This document shows positions 44,967 through 58,437 of a stretch of 64,000 bases of DNA, piece after piece. Made by a program: the position numbers and the translations under genes. The notes beneath the pieces were generated by a model. The model ran no database searches, had not been told where the DNA came from, and worked only from the letters and a program-made list of their open reading frames with translations. Origin of the DNA: the human T2T-CHM13v2.0 reference genome, Homo sapiens; assembly GCF_009914755.1 (NCBI RefSeq), contig NC_060944.1; one strand, given 5' to 3'. The first letter of the stretch is position 1. Every line of letters starts with the position of its first letter.

Positions 44967-46367
44967 TAATTCTTGAATAACATCTGTGCTTAACTTCGTA
45001 TGCTTGGAGAGGAAAACAGATCTAACTTTAAATCTAACTCATAGTATCCTGATGATCTTTTTTTTTTTAAACTTTCAGTAAACATAAATACTATGAAAAC
45101 ACTAAAACGCTGAACCAGAATATTATAGGGTTTGTAGGGGAGCCGATAAGAGTTATTTATTCTAGTATATTCTCTTGCCTATTCAAATGTTGTAGTCTAA
45201 ACTTTATGCATATTTCATATTCAAGAAGATGTTTTAGAGAGTATCAATATGACTTTTGATTCCAAGAGCATTCTAACCCTTGCTCACCTCTACACCCAAT
45301 TCTCATTTTCATGTTTGGTTCTGTCCATTGGCTTTGCTTTAACCCTTACCTGCTTTCTCAAGCTTCTGTTCTTCACCCTCCAACTAAGACAATTATGCTG
45401 AAAAGAAACCTATTTTCAGAAAGAAGAGCTTCATTTCCAAAAGATCATATGGATGTTTTCAACCTAATCCATATAAAACTGCAAACAAAGTAAATCACTG
45501 TATTTCTACAAATAGAAGAAGAAATTTTCTGCTTTCCCCTTATGAAATGGCCTCTGAGGTTCTACCATTGAGTCTTTGACTTCTGGTTTTGAGAATAAGA
45601 TTTACAGAAACAATATGATAATGAGGATACACAATAGACAACACTCTTCAATCCTTATGAGTGTTGACTTACAAACTAATCCTTGGTGGAAGTCTATTTT
45701 TCTCTTAGAGAAACACCACAACAATTTTTTGAGTGATAGGGGAGAAGGAGTCAAGAGGAACTTGTCATATTATCTGAAGCTGACTAGTCATTTGCATTCC
45801 GTCTCCAAATCACCATTTGTCCATTTCTCCATACACATCCATATTATAAGGAAGGGAATAGTGTAAAATAATTTGAAATGGGTGAAAAAGCATTGCTTTG
45901 CTTTCTTGCTTTCTTTTCACCAAAAATAATTTTAGATTTTGTATTAAAATAATTTTGCACAGTGAAATGTCTTTAGTTTTTTTTCAAGTCTCATTTAATA
46001 TATATTCAGCTGGCATAGAGCCTATGACACTACCCTAAGGACTGGTAACTCTTTTTGGCACGTTGGACGGGGCTGTAATTTGACTGCCTTACAGTCATGA
46101 TCATTTTAAGATTAATGCCACTGGATTCTAATATTAAAACTCTAGTTTGGCTAGACATTTGCCATATATCTGACTATTCTAGGAATGACTTCATTAAAGA
46201 GTGAAAATGTAACCACTACTTCATTAGAACATTAAAAAATGTAATCTTAGACTAGTCTGAGATTTTCCTGTTAGTCTTATTTGCCCAAAGATTCTTGATA
46301 AAATAGTATTTTATGAATTTTCAAATTCTATATAATTTTTATACGTAGAAGGGACAATATTCTAGAA

Positions 46368-46637
46368 AAGCATTTTTTGAAGGCCTATTCTGTGGAAACA
46401 CTAGCTACATTAGATGCTCTATGGAAGACTAGGATACTGGGGAGCAATACATTTAAAAGATGCTACAAACCATGCCCATCACTTGGATATTCATAATGAA
46501 TATAAATTTTTGCATCCTAGAGAAATGTTTAAAGTTTGAATGAATGTAGTACTGAACCACAGAGCTCTATGATCATAAAATATTTATTCACATATTTTGG
46601 AGGTGGTGTTTTGCAGAACACACCTTGGAAAACACAT
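46368..46637. mobile_element. MER103C-like hAT-Charlie element
   Basis: ttctgtggaaacactag...agatgctctatgg...cagaacacaccttggaaaacac. Confidence 0.55.
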
Positions 46638-46961
46638 TTCTCTAATTTAGGCAAAGCATTGAAATTAATCCCAATACAATATTTTTAAACCTTGTTATTC
46701 CTACCTTGGCTCAAATAGAGTCTAACTACATTTCTATTGCTAAATAGCTGTCTAAAACATTTACATTTTAAAAATATGAGAAAGCCAATGGAAAGTCTCA
46801 AAATAATTTTAGAACCATAATTTTTAAGAGCTTCATAAGGGGGAATAGATGCATACTGTTTCCTCCCTTCTTAAACGATGACAATAAAACATTACCCAGC
46901 AAATTCCGCAAATTGATAGAGAGAATGATGGTGGATAGAAGAGAATGAAAATGTCCTTCAC

Positions 46962-47295
46962 AACTGGGTGTGGTTGCTCACGCCCGTAATCCCAGAAATT
47001 TGGGAGGCTGAGGCGGGCTGATGACCTGAGGTCAGGAGTTCGAGACCAGCCTGGCCAACATGGTGAAACCCTGTCTCTACTAAAACTACAAAAATTAGTC
47101 AGGTGTGGTGGCTGGAGCCTGTAATCCCAGCTCCTTGGGAGGCCGAGGCAGGAGAATCGTTTGAACCCGGGAGACGGAGGTTGCAGTGAGGCAAGATAAT
47201 GCCATTGCCCTCCAGCCTGGGTGAGAGAGCAAGATTCCATCTCAAAAAATAAAAAATAAAAAATAATAATAAGAAAGAAAGAAAAGAAAAAAAAA
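46962..47295 (+). mobile_element. Alu (AluSx/Sp-like)
   Basis: Dimer with degenerate A-rich tail. Confidence 0.94.
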
Positions 47296-48292
47296 CTGTC
47301 ATTCTCAGCCTTAGCTGAACTGAAACTTCTCTTTTGTGTGTTTTTGGACCGCTACACAAAGGGCCTTAGGCAGCTCTGCAGGTTTTCAGGCTGAAGTGGA
47401 GAGAGAGGAGAGGATGACAGTGATACGGAGAGTAGCTTCCAGGTTTCACTTTAGGTAAGTCTCAGCCTCAAATCCAGCCAAGTCGCCTCCATGACTTCTG
47501 GACTAACACAGCCTCCTGTTTCTTTGTTGTGTGTCCCCCTGCCATCATTTTAACATGTCTTCATCCATCATCTGCCCATACAAGCTTCACTGCAGGAGTT
47601 TTTGCTCAGGACTCTCTGAAAAACAAGTCCAGTTTTTAACCCTGCCTCTCTCTTTTGCCTAAATCCATTGCTAAACTATGTAGATACTCTTTATAGCTAA
47701 TTGTGTTAAATCCAGATTCCTTAACCTCACTTTTATGTCTTGATACTAATTAGTTTTTCTCTTGCCCCACCTAATCAACCTAATTCCTCATTATTTTCCC
47801 AAACAGGCCACTTCAAGCTGTTCTGTTCACCTCATGCATATAGACTGCTCATTTCTGACCCCAGCGTTTGCATTTGTTATTCTTTCTACCTCAAATGTTC
47901 TGATTTCTACTCACCACTAAGTTGTGCGTCTTGATCTATTCAGAGCTTTCTTCTTTATTCCAGCAGCCATTTTGTAGTGGAGCCCTGCCCAGCGTCTATC
48001 TCCTTTCTTCTGATCACAGCAGTTCAGTTTTCCTTGGAGGGTGCTTCCCTTTCACATCCTTTGTCCATTGCATTTGGGGGAGTGATCAGTCCCTAGTTCT
48101 AGGCAGGGTCATGGGAAGAAGTCTTGGCCAGTCAGAGTCACAGTAATTTGTTCAAGGGAATATACTATGCTTCTGATCCAATGACACTGGTCTCTAGACT
48201 TATGCTGGAATTACAGGGAAAGTCAAGTTACCCACCATCTTCACTCCCACCTTCAAATAGGGTTTGCCAAGTTCCTAGAATCTGAGGCTACA

Positions 48293-48568
48293 TGTATTAG
48301 TCCATTTTCATGCTGCTGATAAAGACATCCCCAAGTCTGGGTAATTTATAAAGAAAAAGAGGTTTAGTGGACTCACAATTTCACGTGGCTATGGGGGCCT
48401 CAAAATCATGGCAGAAGGCAAAAGGCACGTCTTACATAGTGGTAGGTAAGAGAAGAAACGAGAACCAAGCGAAAGGAGTTTCTAAAGCTATCAGATCCTG
48501 TGAGACTTATTCACTACCATGAGAACAGCATGGGGTAAACCACCCCCAATCATTCAATTATCTCCCAT
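48293..48568 (-). mobile_element. THE1 (B/C-like) MaLR LTR, truncated
   Basis: tgtattagtccattttcatgctgctgataaagacat...gtgagacttattcactaccatgagaacagca...caattatctccca. Confidence 0.88.
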
Positions 48569-50959
48569 TTTTATATCAGCAGCTCACTCAAATAATGCGT
48601 AATTTAGGCTTGGACAACAATCTTACGATGTAGACATCATCATATATAGAGACTGAATGTTTCAAAGCCAACATCTATTTTCATCCCTGTGCCTAGCTTT
48701 TCTGTTTTTTTTTTAATCGGTACATTCTTATATCTTGATTTTAAAATCCATTGTCCAGTTTTTCTGTGTACGCTTATATTTATCCATAACATGAACCAAC
48801 CCAGATGTGGAAAGAATAAAAAATGCATTGTCTCCTTTACACCACCCTGCGTGGAAATGTGCTTGCTTCTGCACCATCTAATGCATTTTGTTGTCCAAAT
48901 ACACACACCAGAGACTGATAACACTGTTAGCCCTGAGACTAACCAGGTCAGAGCACATCAGGAACATTGCAGATAGAAAACCTACCATGCCAATGATTGT
49001 GGTCATTTTTAGCCCAGTGGAGGGAGCTGGTTTGACATCAGAGACACAGCTAATGTCAGCAGGATACAGCACATAAAATCACATTTCTCCTCCTTCGTAC
49101 CTTATGCAAACCAAGGAAACTGGTTTTATTTCCAATTTGGCAACAAAAAAGAACAAGGTGCTAATCTTTCAAATAAAGATGGAAATATTTTTCCTAGTGA
49201 CTGACTTTTCAGCACTATTTCTAAGTGAACTGTCCTTGGGGAAGCAACCCAGGATATAATTTTACTGTCACATAAAACATTGCATTATATTTTAGTCAAA
49301 TACATTTTATGCTTTGACAGTTTCTCTCTCTTTTTCTCTCCCTCTTGCTGTCACTCTCTCTCTTCTCTCTTTCTCAGGAATTTAGATAGAAGGGTTTTCT
49401 TATAGTGAAACTTTTAATCTCAATGCATGATGCCTGTGCTTGCTCTAACTGATGAGTAGATGCAATTTAACAGATACGGTACTCCAAGGGCGTTTGGCAT
49501 TCCTACCTCCTTCAGGCAAAGAAAGCTGCAGTCTGTTGTGAGTGAAAAAAATAAAAGAATAGAGACAAGTATAATAATGAAGAAAAGACTTTCCTTTTTT
49601 CATCCTCCAGGAGATAAAGAAAACCACCTTATTATGATAAACACTAGCCTACATAAAATAGAGGTGGAAGGGGTAGAAAAAAGTAGAGAAAATGACTGCC
49701 TTCTTTGAAGTCATTTTATAATACCAAAAAATGATTTGTCTGTGTTATTCTTAAGTGAAATGGGGAGGGGAAAGGAACTTTGATGCAATATATATAAAAT
49801 AACATTTTCTTAATTTTTGAAGCTTTTAGGTAATTTTTTTCTATCGGGGAGAACTTGATCTGAGATAAAAGACCCAAATTGCTTTCCTTTCAGGCTCACC
49901 TTTAATTTATGTCAACTTTTATTGGAACTGAGCTATCAGAAATGATGAAATTTGCATTCCTTCTCATCATCCCCATATCTAAGTATATAATAATTATGAT
50001 ATTATGTTGCCCTACAAATCTGGGTTCCTAGAAGTGATTACTGGATTACTGTCATCTGAAAAATGTAATTCTAAGTACGGAGACTTATTTTTAGAGACAG
50101 AAAATCACTTCTCTATGAAACTATAATATGGGTAGAGGTGGTGTGGATGGGGAAATGATATTAAATGCATTATGGATAGGCTGGATGGTAATAAAACTCT
50201 AGAGGCTTGTTATTTGGAAAAACAGTAAGAAGTCCAGCATAGATCAAAAGCTGGGTAATACCAAACTCATTAATGGAAAAAAGTCACAGGGATCATAACG
50301 TAATGTAAGCTGATACAAGGAAGTCACTCAAAGACTCAGTCCTGGTTTCCCATTGTCTCTGTTAGGAAAAAATCAAAATGAGCTTCTCTCTCTCTCTCTT
50401 TTTTACCACATCTGACATCTGGACTAAACTCAAGGGTCTTTCCATTGTTAACAAATGCGGCATGCACAATTTATCCCCTGTTTGCCTCTTTGAGGAGTCT
50501 AACAACTATGGGCTAGGGAGAAGGTTTAACCCCATTTGGAATTAGGTATTAGGAATGGCCCCTGTTATCCACAAAGGCTGCTCCCTGACTCCACCAAGGG
50601 CAGATGATCCTCTTCTGGTTTCTTTTCCTAAGAAGAATTTGGAGGAGACATTGTTTTCTAAATTGTAAAGCTTTGTGATGCACAGCCTAACAAAATTAGC
50701 TGAGATTATTGGAAGAAATGATCCAAAGTAATTACTTAGAAATTGATCTGCTGTGATTTTTTTCTCTTTTCTTCTACACCCTGTCGTCAGAAAGGACAGA
50801 AAATGCTTTCTAAGAAAAGTATCTTAGGGATAACTGTTAACAGATTTTTTAATGCCCATTTTGTCAACTTCCAGTGACAAATATTAATACATTTTACTCA
50901 AGTGAAGATATTATAATTTACCTGGCAATGACAATATTATGACAATAATGACAATGAGA

Positions 50960-51170
50960 AGGTTTGGGATATTTACTATGATCTAGGTGTCGGGCTTTAT
51001 AAATTTCACCTCCTATAATTTTCCTAACAATTCTACGTGGTAGGCCTAATTTTTCTCTGAAATAAGAAACATGCAGTCTTGAGAGGTTAAGTAACTAACC
51101 CAAAGTCCACAGTTGGTAGATGGGAGGCATGATTCAAGCTCAGATTATCTGAGGATGAATCCATACAATG
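50960..51170 (-). mobile_element. MIR SINE
   Basis: gagaggttaagtaactaacccaaagtccacag...gattcaagctcag. Confidence 0.72.
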
Positions 51171-51677
51171 ATTTCCTATGTTTCACTGCTTCACAATTTG
51201 ATTTTCATTACAATGTATAAAAATATCTATGGATGTCAGACATCTTAAGGAAATGAAGACTTCCTGTATTTGTAAAGGACAATATATTTTAAACTCCAAT
51301 ATCTAGAGTTACTTATGAAATGACATTTCAGGAAGGGGATACAGGTTATATTCATTATATCTTAAAGAATCATCATTCTAATTCCTGGCATAGCACTCAG
51401 ACAGTATTGTAGTATAATGGGCATGGAAGATGGGTCAGTACTCAATGAGATGCTGTTTTAATTGTAGGGACAAGGGAGTCCTTATGATTCTCAGATTGCA
51501 CTTTGCATCAGAAACAGCCAGGTTGCAAAGGTGTTAAATTAGGGACCAGGTTGACTTGGAGAGTTTGCCTGGACACTGGGGTTGGGCGGGTACATATTGT
51601 TCAGCTTCAATTGGACATCACTCTACTTGATCCCCATCAAGATGAAGATGAGCAAGAAAGACCCAATGCATGTAAAA

Positions 51678-51852
51678 CAGTCACTCTTCAACTTGAGCAT
51701 TCATCAGTCACCTGAAGGGCTGGTTTACATACTGTGGCTGCGTCCCATCCTCAGCATTTCTGATTCTGTAGATGTGGGGCTGACTCCCTAGAATTTGCAT
51801 TTTAAAAAATCCCCCACTTATGCTAATGCTGTTGGTGCCTTGAGAACCACTG
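51678..51852 (-). mobile_element. MER5A MITE
   Basis: tttctgattctgtagatgtgggg...agaatttgcattt...ttgagaaccactg. Confidence 0.78.
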
Positions 51853-53054
51853 CCATAGGAGATGCTGTAAATACTCTGCCTGTAACCCTTTGGATTTCTT
51901 AACCGTATTTTTACACAAGAGTTCTCGGTGTGCTTCTACTCTCATCATGAAGAACCTGCTCTGCCTGAATACAGGATGAGCTGTAATCTCATCATTCTAA
52001 CTATCAACCAATGGCTGATGGTATAGAGATCAATCTGCCTTATCCCCATTAAAGGGACTCAGATGTGACTTGCAAGACTAAGCTAAAGCTACTTTCCGTG
52101 GGACTTTACTTGATATTGCCCATTTGCCAGCTCCTTCTATTCCCAGTTCAGCTTCCTCACTACCAGTTTTTCCAGGGGCACATTTAATAGATCACCTCCC
52201 CACAAATCTTTAGAGAACCCGATTTAAGCATGTCAATTGTGTCTGCACATTCTTCTGAATGGTGAAATAATCCTGGGTACTAAAGGGAGAAGCATAGCAA
52301 GAATTACTTCTCCTCCCTTGCTCAGTCTAAAGGGTGAATTTCAGGGATATTGGGGGGCATTCATGGGGTGCCCAGGGCACCTGAAAGTCAGTGTAGATAG
52401 GCAGCATCTGTCCTGACTTCCTGTCGCTCAGCTCTGCATTTTCCACACCTGTGGATCACATTTGCCAATCTGCAAATAATTCCATTTTTTCATGTCAGAA
52501 TGTAAATTCCTTGAGTTTAGGGATTCTTTTCCACTGTTTGTTAGCTGTTACATTATAAGACCTTAGAAAGATCCAGTGCACAGAAGACACTCAAATATCT
52601 GTTGAATAAGTGCATTCTGGGATATCAAATAATAAAAAATGGTTGCAAAAGAAAAGCGATATTTTGCGGTGAGTGCTCGAATGCTGGAAAGTTCTATCAC
52701 TGGGAATTTCTATCAGGTGCATGCGTGGGCTCTTCAGCTCATTTCTAATCTACTTGGGTACTGAAGTTGGCATCAGAAATGAAGTGTAAAACCCAACATG
52801 TAACCAAACAAAGCTTACAGCTCTTTTTTTCTCTTTTCTTCCTTTGTCAATAAAACACTCTTGCACATGCATCACAAAAATAGGTTTCAGTTTCTTAAAC
52901 ACTTCGCAATATTTGATACTTTAAAATCTATTCAATCAATAGGTATTTGAATGCCTGTTACGTGCTGAGAACTACTAAGATCTGGGAATATAGTAGTTGA
53001 CAGAACAGTTAAAAAGAATCTGTGACCTCAAAAAGTTTACTTTAGTGATTTAAT

Positions 53055-53195
53055 TAAAAAACAAAAATTATATATATTTATGGTGTGAAACATGATGTTT
53101 TAAAATACATATACATTGTGGAATGGCCAATCAAGCTAATTAAATATTAACTCACATAATTACCATTTTTTAGTATGAACATTTAAAATATACTA
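53055..53195 (-). mobile_element. L1MA 3' terminal fragment
   Basis: tatatttatggtgtgaaacatgatgttttaaaatacatatacattgtggaatgg. Confidence 0.8.
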
Positions 53196-53379
53196 GGAGT
53201 TTACATTCTGTTGCAAAAATGAAACCATTTAAAGATTGGCAAATGTGACCTACATATTTGCAAAGAAAAGGACAAATCTCCTTTTAAAGCTTTATGTAAA
53301 AAATGAAAATCTATTAAAATGGTTTATTCTGATTTGAAAATAAGGGTAATTAAAGAAATGAAAATGCATTTATTTCCTT

Positions 53380-53760
53380 CAACGTGCCTTCCAGACCTTG
53401 GCACTTGCCCACTCCTCTCCTGAAAATAATTTCCCCCTGAAAGTTCTCTGATTCTGCTTTTTCCCTTCATTCTAATCACATCCTCAAAAAGCCTGTCCCT
53501 ATTCACCGGTTCTACATTAGGTTATTTTCCTCCACCCCAATATCTACACTCACACACACTACCTCTCTTTCCCACTAACCTGTGCTTTCTTCCTAAGGGT
53601 GCTATTGCTATCTGAAGTTACTACACTCTTTATTTGCTTACTGCTTTATCCTGTGTCTCTCACTGATATGCAAACCCATGTAGCAAGTGTCTTTGTCTTA
53701 AATTGCTAGGACTTCAATGCCTGGTGCCCACTGGGCACTCAATAAATCATGATTGACTAA
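53380..53760 (+). mobile_element. L2 3' end
   Basis: aatcacatcctcaaaaagcctgtccct...ggcactcaataaat. Confidence 0.6.
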
Positions 53761-54635
53761 TGCTATATAATGGACTTAAGCAGCTGAAAAAATAATGTAT
53801 ATTAACTTTTCTGAAGTCAATGTTATTGCACACAATTATTGTATAAAACTGTTGTTTTTCAGTCTGAATCACTCTTCTGTATACATGGACAGGGCCATCT
53901 GTTAATTTGCAGTTGTAATTGTTTCTGCAGATGGGTGTTAAATTATAGACATGACCGTGAAGACATGGCAGAACTTGTTACCATCCTTTGCCAATGGCCT
54001 TTTTTTGTGTGTTCATTTTAGGGACTGAACCAATTATTCAGTTCAGACGCTCCCATATAAATCAAATGCTTTGTCCACAATGGCTGTTTCAAAGCAATTT
54101 TCTCATTTCATGGAGGTTCTGTTTTAGGATGTGGGTTGTTGTTGAGCTTTAAGGAAACCTGGATTTTTCCTGTGCTGTCAGGCCCAGGTATATTGAAGCC
54201 AAGCACTAGAGATTACAAAAGAGGGTCTCTGGAAAGGGAATTTATGTGCTTACTATACAGCATGGCTGTGTTCTAGCCACACGGATGCAATTTCAGAAAA
54301 TTCATTTGACTTTTCTTTTTTTTTTTTTTTCCACAGAATGGTTTCTCAAGCACATCACAGATTTTGATCAAATTGTTTTTCACTGCCAATCAGATGGGTG
54401 GTAGGAATCAGTTTTAAGTGATTCGTCCACTTTTTGGCACTTTGTATGTTGCCAATAAAAATCATTTCACTTAGAACGGAATTTGCCATCTGTGATAAAT
54501 GTCTACCAATTAGTTTCTCATCACTTTTGAGAAAAGGGAGGGCATCACAATATTTTCCATCTAGTGAGGAATTTAAAATACACTTTATATTTTGAAAATG
54601 CACACTGCTTAATAGAATTTTGGGTTGGTGGGCAG

Positions 54636-55215
54636 TGTAGTGGACATCTGTTGATTCTTTCCTGCTCAGATTTTATTTCCCATTCTAGGACATCCCTTCA
54701 TTTTTTCTTTGGTGACCCACCTTCCCCAAGTCCCAGTCCATGTGACTCAGACTCAGATGTGACCATCTTTATCATTCTCTCTTTACTTTCAGGGTGGGTA
54801 TGTAATCAAGGCGGGCTCATCAGCAATGTTCTCCTCCCAGGCCTACATGATTTGGTTCAGGTACAGGCAAGGTGGTCCAGGGAGCCTAGACCTCCTGGTG
54901 CTTGCTGAAGCCACCAGGAAGAAGGCTGCTCATTCTACTAGACTAGAAGCTGTGACAAGATCACTCTGGAGCATTAGCTTCTGTAAGATGGGAAGAGTTT
55001 GAGTGAAAGCAATGACAACAATATCAAAAGGGGAATTGAAAGATGGAGGGAGAGAAATAAAGAAGAGGATCTGAGCTAGGCATCTGATAAGAATGTTACA
55101 GTCCTAGACCTACCTATGTTGAAGGGTAGGCCTACCCTCCTAGCCTTTTTCAGCTATTTCAATTATTTTATCTTTTGCTTAAGGGAGTCTGACTTATGCT
55201 TCTACAAACTTGCTG
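54636..55215 (+). mobile_element. Old ERVL LTR (LTR33/LTR16-like)
   Basis: tgtagtggacatctgttg...cccagtccatgtg...ttttgcttaag. Confidence 0.55.
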
Positions 55216-56164
55216 ACTGCTATAGTTGGGAATACTAAAACCAAAGATAGCTGTCTAATCCTTTAGAAGTTTGGCATGATTTAGTCTTGGAATCCACATT
55301 CCCAAAACATCCATAAGTTTTTAGTTTAATTACAAATTTTATGGCAACAGTTTATAAATGCAACTTCTTGTAGCTAAGTATGCCCATTATTTCTAAAGCC
55401 ACATTTGCCAGCAGCTTTGTCACATTTCTTGTTCAAAGATGGGGTGAAACTAGTATTAGGGAAGCTCATACCAAAAGAAGTTTGTATTTTCACCTTATTT
55501 CCAATTTATTTCAGGCCTAACTCAGAAGGAGAGAGGAAGCGGATCACTATATAATCTATTCAATTTCAATTTCAAAAGATGCTGCTGCTGATCAAAGGAT
55601 ACTTGTGAGTAGCACATTTCCATAAAATGAATTTTGACAACTTTCCCCCAAATGTGTGTCTTACTTTAGCTTTTGATTTGAAAGGAGAAATGGAGGTTGG
55701 CAGGAAAGATAAATGAAAGTGATACTGACAGTGTTTGGGGCTGCCAAATAATCTGCATCTTAGAATTTCTGTAGTTCTAAGGCAGGCCTTAATCTAGTAT
55801 TTTAAATCTAGTGCATGCCCCCTGCTTCCCAACTCATGGTTTTCCTAGACAAGTCTTTATAGTTTTCCAGGGTGATAGACCTCTTAAAGGAACATCCCCT
55901 CTTCCCAATCTCCAGTTCAATCTCAGACAGGTCAAGCCTGCTGATCTCATTGTCTGTCAATCCTTTATATATGTACTAAAATTTTTTTTAATGCCCTTAG
56001 ATGCTATTACCTAGTATTCTACATGGCTATAGGCTTCAGGCCAACAATCTTGAGAAGACCTGGTTTCAGCAGTCCACTGGTTCAATATATTGGCATAAGC
56101 ACCATGATTTGCGTTCCTTTTTGTAAAATAACTCTCCAAATTGTAGCATATCAATATCTGAGGG

Positions 56165-56398
56165 TTTTTTTTTTTGTTTTTGTTTGAGACTAGGTCTCAC
56201 TCTTTCACCCAGGCTGGAAAGCAGTGGCACGATCTTGGCTTACTGCAGCCTCAGACTCCCAAATAACCAGGGCCACGGCTGTACGCCACCATGCCCAGCT
56301 AATTTTTGTATATTTTTTAGAGATGGAGTTTGGCCGTGTTATCCAGGCTGGTCTTGAACTCCTGTTGGCATTACAGGTGTGAGCCACTGCGCTCCGCC
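56165..56398 (-). mobile_element. AluJ with internal deletions
   Basis: Degenerate dimer; TSD tatctgag. Confidence 0.85.
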
Positions 56399-57100
56399 AA
56401 ATTATCTGAGTATTTTCAAAATGGATCTCAATTGTTTCCTTGATATCACCTGAATAACATTCTTGGTAAGTTGCTTATTATTTTCCACTTTCTCAGAAGT
56501 TTGTAGCAAACTTGTCTCAATATTGTGAGAAGTCTGACTGATTTGGGATCTGGCTCATACAGACATTTCACTTGCAAAGTAGGACAGTGCTACAATCATC
56601 AATTAAAATAAATAAATGCACAGTGAATCAAATATAGTTTTAATATTTGAATAGTTTACTTCTGGCCCGGTATTGAGCAAACAGTACATTATTTAAGGTA
56701 AATGTAACTCAATAAACACAAAGTTTTAGTTACATAACATAGAATCTATCCTGCAGAAGTTCAGATCAATTTATTAACTTTAAACATGCTTCTCTTTGAC
56801 ATCTCCTTTCCAAAATTCAGAACTTCTGTTCTCTGAGGCTAAATTCTGCTGTGTAGAATTGATGAAAATGACTGACCCAAAGCTTTAATTCCTCCAGAGG
56901 TGTAAGAATCCTAATAAAAAACTAGAGAACCCAAATGAATATAAAATATTCAATTATTCATTTGATTATTGGGTGTTTTGGTCTTAAAAGCCAGACTTGC
57001 ACCAGAAGGAATTTAAAGCAGAGCGTCCAGTAGAAGGAATGGACACTTTCTAGAATGCATTGCCTGCCTCAACCCTTTCCTTCACTCATCCACCCCATAT

Positions 57101-57700
57101 ATATTAGCTATCTATTACTGTCTAAGAAATTAGTTGTATCTGAATTGTAGTGGCTTAACTCAATACACAGCTATTATCTCAGTCTCTCGGGTCAGGGAAT
57201 GAGGCAGAACTTAGCTGGGCGTTTGTTTCAGGACATCTCATATGGCAGTGATCAGGTGTTGGCTGGGGCTGCAGATTTCTTAAGGCTTGGCTTGAGGAGA
57301 AACTGCTTCCAAGCTCACTTACCTGAAAAATAAGAAAATTCATTTGCAGACTGACTCATGTGGCTCTTGGCCCATCTCAGGTTCTCTTTTACTGCTACCT
57401 GGCATCATCTGTTCCCAGCTATGTGAGCCCCTCCACAGGCCTACTCACAGCATAGAATCATGCTCCCCCGCAGAACAAGGGTTTGGAGAGAGAGAGCATG
57501 AGAGGGGAAAACAAGACCAAAGTCATAGTCTATTTTGTAAGCTAATCCCTCCAGTGACATTCCACAACATTTGCCATATTCAGTTCATTAGAAGTAAGTT
57601 ACTAGGTCCAAATCACATTCAAAACGAGGAAATTGAACAAGGGTATGAGTACTTGGAGATGAGGAATCACTGGGGGCCATGTCAGAGGCTGTCCGCGACA
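57101..57700 (-). mobile_element. MLT1F-type LTR
   Basis: tattagctatctattactg...gtggcttaa...tgcttccaagctcact...cattagaagtaagttactaggtcca. Confidence 0.8.
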
Positions 57701-57733
57701 CTAGTCTACCTCAGACTAGAAAGTGAAGATTGT

Positions 57734-58079
<346 letters not shown>

Positions 58080-58278
58080 TCACTTCCGTATTGAATATTC
58101 CTTAGTTATGTGATACAGTCAAGTTTCTTAACATTTCTCAACCTTGTTTTGTTCATGTATTAAAAGTGAATACAATAGTTCCTTTCTCCCAGGCTTGTGG
58201 TATTCCATGCAATAACATCATCACATCAGAAGTCCCTTGTACAATGCTGGGAACATAGTAGGTGCTCAGTTAAAAAGA

Positions 58279-58437
58279 ATATATATACATACACACACAT
58301 ATAAATTATATATACACATATATAAATTATATACACATATATTAAATTATATATCTATATAAATTATATATACCTATGTAAATTATATAAATTATATATA
58401 CCTATGTAAATTATATAAATTATATATATACATATAT
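58279..58437. repeat. TA-rich minisatellite (ataaattatatatac-type units)
   Basis: Repeated taaattatata units. Confidence 0.88.

Noticed and set aside
48640-49076. Overlapping ORFs on both strands as a hidden gene
   Set aside because: No recognisable domain, no convincing splice-site pair, and lengths are consistent with chance.
55123-55138. Perfect 16-bp palindrome agggtaggcctaccct
   Set aside because: About one such palindrome is expected by chance in 64 kb (4^-8 per position).
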